From positions 3,808,001 to 3,872,000 of the forward strand of contig OZ244561.1 in NCBI GenBank assembly GCA_965217585.1: a stretch of 64,000 nucleotides of DNA, written 5' to 3'. The translations under genes and the position numbers were made by a program. The DNA is from Candidatus Latescibacterota bacterium. GTDB taxonomy: Bacteria; Latescibacterota; UBA2968; UBA8231. Under the pieces are notes generated by a model. That model was not told the origin of the DNA, searched no databases, and saw only the letters and a list, made by a program, of their open reading frames with translations. This document shows, one piece after another, positions 48,467-56,377 of this stretch. Positions within the stretch are counted from its first letter, which is position 1. Every line of letters starts with the position of its first letter.

Positions 48467-49591
48467 ATGTCGGGCACTGAAGCCCCTATCGGGCCCAACG
48501 ATGCGATTAAAGTTACCAAGATCGAGACGTTCGTTCTCAAAAACTCTTGGGTCTTCGTCAAGATCTCGACGGACGCGGGTATCACCGGTTGGGGCGAAAT
48601 GCTCAAGGACGACGCCAAGGCCTGTGCCGCCGGTGCGCTCGAAGTCGCCGGCTACCTAGTGGGCAAGGATCCCCGCCCAGTCACCCACCACTGGCAGGCC
48701 ATCCACCGCGGTGCCTTCTATCGCGGCGGCCCGATCAAAACCGCGATTTCCTCCGGCATTGATATGGCCCTTTGGGACATCACCGGCAAATGCTATGGCG
48801 TGCCCGTGTACAAGCTGCTCGGCGGCCCCACGCGCGAGCGGATTCGGGTTTACGGCGAAGTAAGTGAGCAGACCGGGGTCAACGCCATGAAGGTGGGGCC
48901 GGGCACGTCGCGTTCCCCCTTCAAATACATCGAGGGCCAAAAGTTCGTCGATGAGATCGTCGAGCGTTTCAAGGCGCTGCGCGAACAACACGGCTCCAGC
49001 GTCGATATTGCCGTTGACTTTCACGGCGCAGTGCAGCCCCCTACCGCCCTGCTGCTCGTCAAGGCGCTCGAACCGTATCACCCTTGGTTCTACGAGGAAA
49101 TTGTCCAGGCCCTCAACATCGATGTCATGGCCGAAATCGCCGCAAAGACCCACATCCCCATTGCCACGGGCGAGCGCATCTTTACCAAGTGGGGATTCAA
49201 GGAAATTCTCGAAAAACGCGCCGCCCACATCCTCCAGCCGGACGTTTGCTATGCCGGCGGCATCACCGAATTGAAGATCATCGCCGGCATGGCCGAGGCC
49301 TACTACTCGCCGCTGGCCCCACACAATCCCCAAGGTCCCTGTTCGCTCGCCGCGAGTCTGCAGGTCGCCGCTGCCATTCCCAACTTTCTCATCCAAGAGC
49401 GCGGCGACAACGAATACGCAGACCTACTCGCCAAACCCTTGCCACCGGTCGCCAACGGCCACCGACCCCTGCCCCCGGATCCCGGCCTCGGCATCACCAT
49501 CGACGAAGACAAGCTCATGGCCCAAGTCGGCGAACCGAATCCCTATCGAACTCGCTTTGATCCCGACGACGGGTCGGTTGTGGATTGGTAA
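48467..49591 (+). CDS. dgoD: Galactonate dehydratase-like enolase-superfamily (mandelate racemase subgroup) enzyme
   Basis: FYRGGP, SGIDMALWDI, DFHG, YEE, ATGER, QPDVCYAGGITE, APHNPQGP, DGSVVDW terminus. Confidence 0.75.
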   Translation: MSGTEAPIGPNDAIKVTKIETFVLKNSWVFVKISTDAGITGWGEMLKDDAKACAAGALEVAGYLVGKDPRPVTHHWQAIHRGAFYRGGPIKTAISSGIDMALWDITGKCYGVPVYKLLGGPTRERIRVYGEVSEQTGVNAMKVGPGTSRSPFKYIEGQKFVDEIVERFKALREQHGSSVDIAVDFHGAVQPPTALLLVKALEPYHPWFYEEIVQALNIDVMAEIAAKTHIPIATGERIFTKWGFKEILEKRAAHILQPDVCYAGGITELKIIAGMAEAYYSPLAPHNPQGPCSLAASLQVAAAIPNFLIQERGDNEYADLLAKPLPPVANGHRPLPPDPGLGITIDEDKLMAQVGEPNPYRTRFDPDDGSVVDW

Positions 49592-49645
49592 GCCGGGGAG
49601 AAGAGGAGTACCAACCGGAGGAGCACTCAAAAAAGGAGAACTGCA

Positions 49646-49915
49646 ATGGAGCTTCACGAACTCGTCCTTGAGATGAAGCAGCTTGAACGGCGGCTCACGC
49701 CCTACGAAGAAAAATACGGCATTCTCAGCCAAGATTTTTACAACATCTTAAGAGCGGGCAAGCTATCGCACTACGACGATTTTGACGAAACCCGAACGGA
49801 TTTCAGCCGATGGAAAGGCATTTACGAAAATTGGCAACGCCGCAAGACAGCCTATAACGAACAAATCCAACAAAGTGATCCAGCCGACGCATTGCGTGTA
49901 CAACCTGCTTATTGA
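49646..49915 (+). CDS. Small hypothetical protein, antitoxin-like
   Basis: 89 aa, AGGAG RBS; YEEKYGILSQDFY...DFSRWKGIY pattern resembles small TA-associated proteins (inference). Confidence 0.5.
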   Translation: MELHELVLEMKQLERRLTPYEEKYGILSQDFYNILRAGKLSHYDDFDETRTDFSRWKGIYENWQRRKTAYNEQIQQSDPADALRVQPAY

Positions 49916-49951
49916 TATGGCGAAAAATCCTCTTTCCCTAGGAGGAGCACT

Positions 49952-50212
49952 ATGACACAAACAACCGAAAACGCAATACTCACAATTGAGAACGGCGTGT
50001 TTCACAGCAAAGAGGACTTTGTGAGCGGCACGCCCGTTTTTGTGGGGACCCGCGTACCAATAAAGAACCTGTTTGATTATCTGGCGGGCGGGCACAGTCT
50101 GGACGAATTTCTGGACGACTTCCCGAGCGTAAGCCGCGAGCAGGCAATCAGGACGATTGATATGGCGAGGGAAGTCTTGGAGAGTATTGCTTATGAGACT
50201 GCTGCTCGATGA
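49952..50212 (+). CDS. DUF433 family antitoxin
   Basis: SGTPVFVGTRVPIKNLFDYLAGGHSLDEFLDDFPSVSREQA. Confidence 0.9.
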   Translation: MTQTTENAILTIENGVFHSKEDFVSGTPVFVGTRVPIKNLFDYLAGGHSLDEFLDDFPSVSREQAIRTIDMAREVLESIAYETAAR

Positions 50213-50261
50213 GTCAGTGCCAATGCAGCTAAGAAGCTCTTTTCTAAATTGCGCCGCTTAG
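50193..50261 (+). pseudogene. Truncated DUF5615/PIN-like toxin
   Basis: MRLLLDESVPMQLRSSFLNCAA*: a typical DUF5615 N-terminus overlapping the DUF433 stop, ending after 22 codons. Confidence 0.7.
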
Positions 50262-50272
50262 CCCAAGAAATC

Positions 50273-51598
50273 ATGAAATATCTTTTTTCGATCTTCCAGA
50301 TCGTTCTTATCGTCCTGCTCATCCTCTTGGTGGTAATTTTTGTAGTCGTCATGTCCTCTGAAAATCCCGAGTGGATTTTCGATCTTTTAGGGGTAGCTGA
50401 AAAAGGGGAATCAAAAAACGAGGCTTTGAAATTTCTGGGCATCGGCATGGGTGGTATCTTGATCGCCCTGCAAGCCCTGATGTCCTATAAGCGCGCCAAG
50501 GCGATGGAGGATACCGCACAAGCGCAGGCCGATGCTGTACTGAAAACCGAGCAGGGACAGCAGCAGGAGCGATTTAGAAACGCTATCGAGCATCTCGGAC
50601 ACGAAAAGGACTCCGTGCGCCTAGGCGGAGCCTACGAACTCTTCCACCTAGCGCAAGACACTGAAGATTTGCGCCAGACAGTGCTGGATGTTCTCTGCGC
50701 TCATATCCGCCAGACGACGGGCGAATACGAGTATCAGAATCAGAAAAAGTATAAGGTCCCGGAAGACGCGTCATACGTGTCAGAACCCTCGGAAGAAGTC
50801 CAGAGTCTGTTGAATCTGTTGTTTGTTCAAGAGCATGATGTTTTCAAAGGACTAAGTGCCGACTTGAGGGGAAGCAGGATGATGGGTGCCGATCTCAGGA
50901 TAGCGCGTCTAGAAAGTGCTGTCTTGGTCGGAGTGGATCTACAAGAGGCGGACCTCACAAGAGCGAATCTACAAGGGGCGAACCTCACGGAGGCTCAACT
51001 GCAAGGAGCAAACCTCGATGCGGCAAATCTACAAGGGGCGAACCTCACAAGAGCGAACCTACAAGGGGTGGACCTAAAGGGAGCGAACCTGCAAGGGGTG
51101 GACCTAAAGGGAGCGAACCTGCAAAGGGCGAACCTGCAAAGGGCGAAGCTACAAGGAGTCGTGCTTTGGGCGGCAGAACTGCAAGGGGTGGACCTCATGG
51201 AGGCTCAACTACAAGCGGCTAATCTTTCGGAAGCTAAACTGCAAGAGGCAAATCTCACGCAGGCTCAACTGCAAGGAGTTATTAGCAAAAAGAACTGTTT
51301 AATTTCATTTGAAAAACGCATTAGAACTCAAACTGGCAAAGAAAGCGATCTGAGCGGAATTACCTTTGAGGGCGGATTGGGGCAAGATACTCTGGATTGC
51401 ATTGTCGGGGATCTCCCCGTTGAAGCAGATAAGAAGTTACGAGAAAAGCTGACACGGCACCTCGACAAACCGAAAAGTAATAAACTGCCGAAAAACAGCG
51501 GTGCCATCACTGGCACCTATACCAGAGAAGACGCCGAAAAATGGATCGCCGAATACAACGAAGCCATGCCATCCGTCCCCAAAGAGGACACTGACTAA
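50273..51598 (+). CDS. Membrane-anchored pentapeptide-repeat protein
   Basis: Two N-terminal TM helices; ERFRNAIEHLG...RLGGAYEL...LCAHIR; A(N/D/Q)LQG repeats, including a perfect 30-bp tandem at 51062-51121. Confidence 0.85.
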   Translation: MKYLFSIFQIVLIVLLILLVVIFVVVMSSENPEWIFDLLGVAEKGESKNEALKFLGIGMGGILIALQALMSYKRAKAMEDTAQAQADAVLKTEQGQQQERFRNAIEHLGHEKDSVRLGGAYELFHLAQDTEDLRQTVLDVLCAHIRQTTGEYEYQNQKKYKVPEDASYVSEPSEEVQSLLNLLFVQEHDVFKGLSADLRGSRMMGADLRIARLESAVLVGVDLQEADLTRANLQGANLTEAQLQGANLDAANLQGANLTRANLQGVDLKGANLQGVDLKGANLQRANLQRAKLQGVVLWAAELQGVDLMEAQLQAANLSEAKLQEANLTQAQLQGVISKKNCLISFEKRIRTQTGKESDLSGITFEGGLGQDTLDCIVGDLPVEADKKLREKLTRHLDKPKSNKLPKNSGAITGTYTREDAEKWIAEYNEAMPSVPKEDTD

Positions 51599-51768
51599 TG
51601 CCCACTCTCCACTAGCTAAAGAGACGAAGACACTACCGCCGCCTCATCAGTCCCCTATCGTTTCCTCGGAAACCTTTGCGTATGTTGGCTACAGTGGCGA
51701 GCCGGTGGTCACTCCGCCTCAGCCGCTTCAAGAATCTCAGCTACATCAATTTCGGGCGTCAGCACCGG

Positions 51769-54576
51769 CTACGGCGCGATAGAAGAAAGCCGCCATAGGA
51801 GGATCGCGCCAGCCCTTTCGCCAGATGCCAAAAGCGAGCCGTCCGGAGAAAACGACACGGAAAAAACCTCAGACGTATGTGGCAGGGTGGCGACCTGACT
51901 ACGACCCGATACATCCCAAAGAATTACGTCGCCTGCCCCTCCCCCAGATGCCAAAAGCGAACCATCCGGAGAAAACGACACGGAATAGACCTCATCCGTA
52001 TGCGGCAGGGTGGCGACCTGACTCTGACCCGATACATTCCAAAGAATTACGTCGCCTGCCCCTCCCCCAGACGCCAGAAGTAAGCCATCCGGAGAAAACG
52101 ACATAGAACCGATCCAACCCGTATGCGGCAGGGTGGCGACCTGACTACCACTCGATACATCCCAAACGATTACGCCATCCTCTCCCCCAGATGCCAAAAG
52201 CGAACCATCCGGAGAAAACGACACGGAATAGACCTCATCCGTATGCGGCAGGGTGGCGACCTGACTCTGACCCGATACATTCCAAAGAATTACGTCGCCT
52301 GCCCCTCCCCCAGACGCCAGAAATAAGCCGTCCGGAGAAAACGACACGGAATAGACCCCACCCCTATGCCCTTGTAGGGTGACGACCTGACTCCGACTCA
52401 ATACATCCCAAACGATTACGTCGCCATCCTTTCCCCCAGACGCCAAAAGCGAACCATCTGGAGAAAACGATATAGATCTGACCCTGCTTGTGTGTCCTTG
52501 TAGAATGGCTAGCTGACTCCGACTCGATACATCCCAAAGAATTACGTCGCCATCCTCATTCCAAGGATTCCCTCCCCAAGGGTCCCTTTCCCCGGACGCC
52601 AAAAGCGAGCCGTCCGGAGAAAACGATACAGAACCGACGCCATCCGTATCCGTATGCGGCAGGGTGGCTAGCTGTGTCCAACTCGATACATCCCAAACGA
52701 TTACGCTATCCTCTCGTCTGGACGCCAAAAGCGAGCCGTCCGAAGAAAAAGACACGGAATTGACCCCCTCCGTATGCGGCAAGGCGGCTAGCTGTGTCCG
52801 ACTCGATATATCCCAAACGATTACGTCGCGACCGATTACGTCGCGACCTTCATCCCAAAAGCCAAAATCGAAAGCCAGCACCGAGCCGTCCGAAGAAAAA
52901 GACACGGAATTGACCCCATAATACGGCAGCGTGGCGACCCGAGTCCGACTCGATATATCCCAAAAGATTACGCCATCCCCTCCCCCAGACGCCAAAAGCA
53001 AACCATCCGAAGAAAACAATACAGACCTGACCCTATCCGTATGAGGCAGTTGGGTGGCTAGCGGTGTCTGACTCGATATATCCCAAAAGATTACGCCATC
53101 CCCTCCCCCAGACGCCAAAAGCGAGCCGTCCGGGGAAAAAGACACGGAATTGACCCCCTCCGTATGCGGCAGGGGGACTATCTGTGTCCGACTCGATACA
53201 TGCCAAAGGATTACGTTGCCATCCTCTCCCCCAGATGCCAAAAGCGAGCCATCCGGAGAAAAAGACACGGAATTGACCTCCTCCGTATGCCCTTGTAAGG
53301 TGGCTAGCGGTGTCTGACTCGATATATCCCAAAAGATTACCTTGCCATCCCCGTCCCCAGACACCAAAAGCGAGCCGTCCGGGGAAAACGATATAGAACC
53401 GACCCCATCCGTATGCCCGAGTCCGGCGAGCAGTGCCAGTTCACGAGAGGTCGCCACATCGTACAGCCATATACCAAGGCTTCCTGCCACCGCCAGAACC
53501 TGCCCATCGGGCGAGAACGCCACCGCCTCAGCCGTTCCTTTTCCCAAGCGAGCGACAGCACCCTCCGGTAAATTCCACGTTGAGTAATCGGCGGCATCTA
53601 GGTCGGTTGAACGATCGGCGACGTTTGGGGCGTCTGTAATGGATTGGCCAAGCCCCGCCGGCAGCGACGGATCGGACGGATTGGCACTGTATGTCGCAAT
53701 TAGCAGCACGTCGGCGGTCGTAAACTGGCCATCAGCATTGACATCGCCGAGAGCTATATCGCCGTTGTTCGGCGGCGTTATAGACGAATCAATGATGTAC
53801 AATGCCACCGCTAGCGCGTCGGCTAAATCAACTTGGCCATCGCCGTTGACATCCCCCAAAATACCGCCAGTCAACACCTTGCCCCGCGGCCGTGGCTCCA
53901 TCGCTTCAACCACTAGTTCCATCGGCACCATCCCCGCCCAAAAGTCTACATCTATGTATGTCGCCACCCCCGCACCCGCAACAGCGAGACCATACTTCCG
54001 ATCCGCCGCGTCCGTTGAGGACGTCGCCGCCGCTGGAGCCGCCCCTGCCACCACTCCCGCCTGCCCATCCACCAGCACCATCCGCCGCGTCAACACCCCA
54101 CCATCCGCTGTCAGCCGGTAGATATACACCCCGGCGGCCACCGCCTGCCCGGCCGCATCCGCCGCGTCCCAAGCCGCCGTGTGAAGGCCGGCCGGCCGCT
54201 CCTCATCCACCAGCGTTGCCATCCGCTGCCCCAACACATTGAACACTTCCAGCCGCACCCGTGCCGCCATCGGTAGCTGATACGGAATCACCGTCGAAGG
54301 ATTGAACGGATTGGGATAGTTCTGCCCTAGCGCAAAGTCAGTCGGCAAGGCCGTCCCTTTTTCCATAGAGAAAGCTCGCAACGGCAGCGCAAAATGCCCG
54401 GCCTCGTCCGTCGTCGTGCCGACGAACCGGCGTAGATCGGTTAGATCAAACAACCGCACCTGCGCGCCCGCCGCTGGTTGCCCAGACGACAGCCGCACTC
54501 GTCCCTTAAGCAGCGGCTCCGCATCGACGCTGACGCTCAACATCAGCGCGATGAGACCGCCGATAAACAACTTCAT
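51769..54576 (-). CDS. Exported modular protein: FlgD-Ig/T9SS-CTD-like domain, dockerin-like pair, about 14 WD40 repeats
   Basis: Signal peptide; LGQNYPNPFNPST...GVYIYRL; GDVNGDGQVDLAD and GDVNADGQFTTAD; repeats HT..V.SVSFSPDGSLLASGG.DG.VI.WDVS. Confidence 0.85.
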   Translation of the reverse strand: MKLFIGGLIALMLSVSVDAEPLLKGRVRLSSGQPAAGAQVRLFDLTDLRRFVGTTTDEAGHFALPLRAFSMEKGTALPTDFALGQNYPNPFNPSTVIPYQLPMAARVRLEVFNVLGQRMATLVDEERPAGLHTAAWDAADAAGQAVAAGVYIYRLTADGGVLTRRMVLVDGQAGVVAGAAPAAATSSTDAADRKYGLAVAGAGVATYIDVDFWAGMVPMELVVEAMEPRPRGKVLTGGILGDVNGDGQVDLADALAVALYIIDSSITPPNNGDIALGDVNADGQFTTADVLLIATYSANPSDPSLPAGLGQSITDAPNVADRSTDLDAADYSTWNLPEGAVARLGKGTAEAVAFSPDGQVLAVAGSLGIWLYDVATSRELALLAGLGHTDGVGSISFSPDGSLLVSGDGDGKVIFWDISSQTPLATLQGHTEEVNSVSFSPDGSLLASGGEDGNVILWHVSSRTQIVPLPHTEGVNSVSFSPDGSLLASGGGDGVIFWDISSQTPLATQLPHTDRVRSVLFSSDGLLLASGGGDGVIFWDISSRTRVATLPYYGVNSVSFSSDGSVLAFDFGFWDEGRDVIGRDVIVWDISSRTQLAALPHTEGVNSVSFSSDGSLLASRREDSVIVWDVSSWTQLATLPHTDTDGVGSVSFSPDGSLLASGERDPWGGNPWNEDGDVILWDVSSRSQLAILQGHTSRVRSISFSPDGSLLASGGKDGDVIVWDVLSRSQVVTLQGHRGGVYSVSFSPDGLFLASGGGAGDVILWNVSGQSQVATLPHTDEVYSVSFSPDGSLLASGGEDGVIVWDVSSGSQVATLPHTGWIGSMSFSPDGLLLASGGGAGDVILWNVSGQSQVATLPHTDEVYSVSFSPDGSLLASGGGAGDVILWDVSGRSQVATLPHTSEVFSVSFSPDGSLLASGERAGAILLWRLSSIAP
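51939..52322. repeat. Identical 141-bp direct repeat within the WD40 array
   Basis: 51939-52079 is identical to 52182-52322 (offset 243 bp, two WD units). Confidence 0.85.
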
Positions 54577-54608
54577 ACGGTCAATTCCTTTACCGAATTT
54601 TAATGATA

Positions 54609-54635
54609 TAGGGCGTCCACAAGGGAACGCCCTAC
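54609..54635. repeat. GTAG-type REP-like palindrome
   Basis: TAGGGCGTCCACAAGGGAACGCCCTAC hairpin ending CCTAC (GTAG on the minus strand). Confidence 0.5.
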
Positions 54636-54746
54636 GCAGTGAGCAGCATTTATGAGGCAGTTTCTACCCGATTATCGTCCGAGTAGCTTGGTCGAGGCAC
54701 GCGGACGGCGGCGTGAGCGGTCATCTTTCCTCTGGAGCGATCAGGC

Positions 54747-55031
54747 TCATGCAGCGAATTGGAGCCGAACCCCGCAAGCTCTGACAATTTTGTGAACGGT
54801 GTCAATCTTCGGGGTATTCTGCGCCGAGAGCGCACGAGACAGACCCGATGGGTTCAGGCCGGTTCGGCGCGCCAGTTCCGATACGCCACCGATGGCGTCA
54901 GCGACGTTGCGAAGCGCAATCATCAAGTCCTCGTGGTCAGTATCGGAGTCTTCGAACACGACATTCAGATAGGCCGCGATGTCCTCGGGCGTTTTCAGGT
55001 AATCGCTGGCCTTATGTTCTCTTACGGGCAT
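54747..55031 (-). CDS. Addiction-module antidote, HI1420-family HTH antitoxin
   Basis: ATG 55031 with AGGAG; ASDYLKTPEDIAAYL...ALRNVADAIGGVSELARRTGL...RALS...PKIDTV. Confidence 0.85.
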   Translation of the reverse strand: MPVREHKASDYLKTPEDIAAYLNVVFEDSDTDHEDLMIALRNVADAIGGVSELARRTGLNPSGLSRALSAQNTPKIDTVHKIVRACGVRLQFAA

Positions 55032-55155
55032 TTCGTTTCTCCTGTTTGTACGCTTTCCAGTGGATTCGGGCTTGCTCAATATCGCAGTCTTGACTCTTCT
55101 TCGTTCCGCCCGCAAGCAGGATCACGATGTTGTGTCCATCCCGGCCGTAGTCGAT
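55012..55155 (-). pseudogene. C-terminal remnant of HI1419-family (RelE/ParE-like) killer toxin
   Basis: IDYGRDGHNIVILLAGGTKKSQDCDIEQARIHWKAYK...*; no start codon; begins immediately after the upstream gene's TAG. Confidence 0.75.
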
Positions 55156-56163
55156 CTACCCAATCTTCACCGTCCGCTGTCCCTTCCCAGCCCTCAACAC
55201 AGCCGTCGCAATCTCCAAGGCGGCGATCCCGTCTTCTCCAGTCACTAAGGGCTGTTCGCCATTGGCAAAGCACTTGACCACGTGTTTGTCCTGCTCGGCG
55301 AACATGTCCTTGAGCGGATAGGAGTACACCCGCTCGCGGCCCTCGCCCATCTTGAGCGTAAAAGCACCGCTTTTTTGCGAATTGAAGCGCGCCGGGGCCT
55401 TCTGCGCAGTCATGCCAAATTGCAGGGAGCCGGCCGGGCCAATCACATCGTTGAGGCTCGCCACGGGCGCACCAGCGGCCACGCCCCAAGACCAGATCAA
55501 GGAGTGCTGGTCGCCGCTGGCGAAGTTGACGATGACGCTAGCGGTGTCAGCGCCGACGCTGGTGGGGTCGAATTGCAGGGAAGAGGCTTGCGCCGAAGCG
55601 GCTGGGCCAAAAATCTGCAAGGCGAAATCGTAGTTGTGCACGGCACCGTCCATCAGCGGACCGCCACCTTTGTTCTCATCGCGGAACCACGGACGGCCCG
55701 GGCGGCCCCCTCCAGCAAAGCGCCAGATGACCGGCTCGCCGACGGCACCGGATTGGATGATCTCCTTGAGCTTGCCCCACTGAGCGTCAAAGCGGCGCAC
55801 AAAGCCGATGGTCAGCCGCACGTCAGCTTGGCTGCAAGCACGCGCCATGCGCCGCGCATCAGCCACCTTCAGCGCCATGGGCTTTTCGCAGAACACGTGC
55901 TTGCCGGCTTTGGCCGCGGCGATGACCGGCGCGGGATGCTGGAAAGTGGGGGTACAGACCCACACCGCGTCAATCTCGGGCAGATCGAGCACCGCTCGGA
56001 AGTCCGCGAAGTGGTGTTCGGCCCCGAAGTCGCGGGCGAACGCTGCGGCCGCGTCGGCGACGACATCCGCGGCCGCGAGAATGCGCGCACCCCGGATCTG
56101 GGATAAGCAACTAGCGTGATGGCGGGCAATGCCGCCGCAGCCGATAAAACCGATATTCAGCAT
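55156..56163 (-). CDS. Gfo/Idh/MocA family oxidoreductase
   Basis: IGFIGCGGIA, VCTPTFQH, KHVFCEKPMA, GGGPLMDGAVHNYD. Confidence 0.92.
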   Translation of the reverse strand: MLNIGFIGCGGIARHHASCLSQIRGARILAAADVVADAAAAFARDFGAEHHFADFRAVLDLPEIDAVWVCTPTFQHPAPVIAAAKAGKHVFCEKPMALKVADARRMARACSQADVRLTIGFVRRFDAQWGKLKEIIQSGAVGEPVIWRFAGGGRPGRPWFRDENKGGGPLMDGAVHNYDFALQIFGPAASAQASSLQFDPTSVGADTASVIVNFASGDQHSLIWSWGVAAGAPVASLNDVIGPAGSLQFGMTAQKAPARFNSQKSGAFTLKMGEGRERVYSYPLKDMFAEQDKHVVKCFANGEQPLVTGEDGIAALEIATAVLRAGKGQRTVKIG

Positions 56164-56308
56164 GATCTTCTCCTATTGTCACGTAGGTGGTTGCGGGAAC
56201 AAAGTAATGGCGTCTGGCGTGACGTTTGTCAAGGGATTGCCCGAAATCCAAAAGAGGCAACTTATTGTCAAACAAAATGTTACAACGCCTATAACCGCTC
56301 GGCTTACC

Positions 56309-56337
56309 TTGACTTTTCCCTAGCCCAAGTATAGCTT
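56309..56337 (+). promoter_or_regulatory. Putative sigma70 promoter for the S55-propeller-rib operon
   Basis: TTGACT-N17-TAGCTT, 40 bp upstream of GTG 56378. Confidence 0.45.
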
Positions 56338-56377
56338 TTCTAATTCTTTTCTCTCTGGGAAAGGCAAGCAAAAGGTC

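Noticed and set aside
50880-51280. 15/30-bp tandem repeats
   Set aside because: Explained by pentapeptide-repeat coding.
51780-53420. Regularly spaced DNA repeats resembling a CRISPR array or DGR template/variable repeats
   Set aside because: The repeats are in-frame WD40 coding units with no unique spacers; no cas or reverse transcriptase gene is present, and differences are not adenine-specific.
55012-55158. Possible TAG read-through fusing the Gfo/Idh/MocA enzyme to the toxin remnant (same frame)
   Set aside because: The oxidoreductase is already full length at the TAG, TAG is a normal stop for many genes here, and no recoding signal is visible. A deletion junction is simpler.
56164-56377. 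FMN riboswitch upstream of the rib-containing operon
   Set aside because: No RFN consensus elements are recognisable; the region looks like a divergent promoter.
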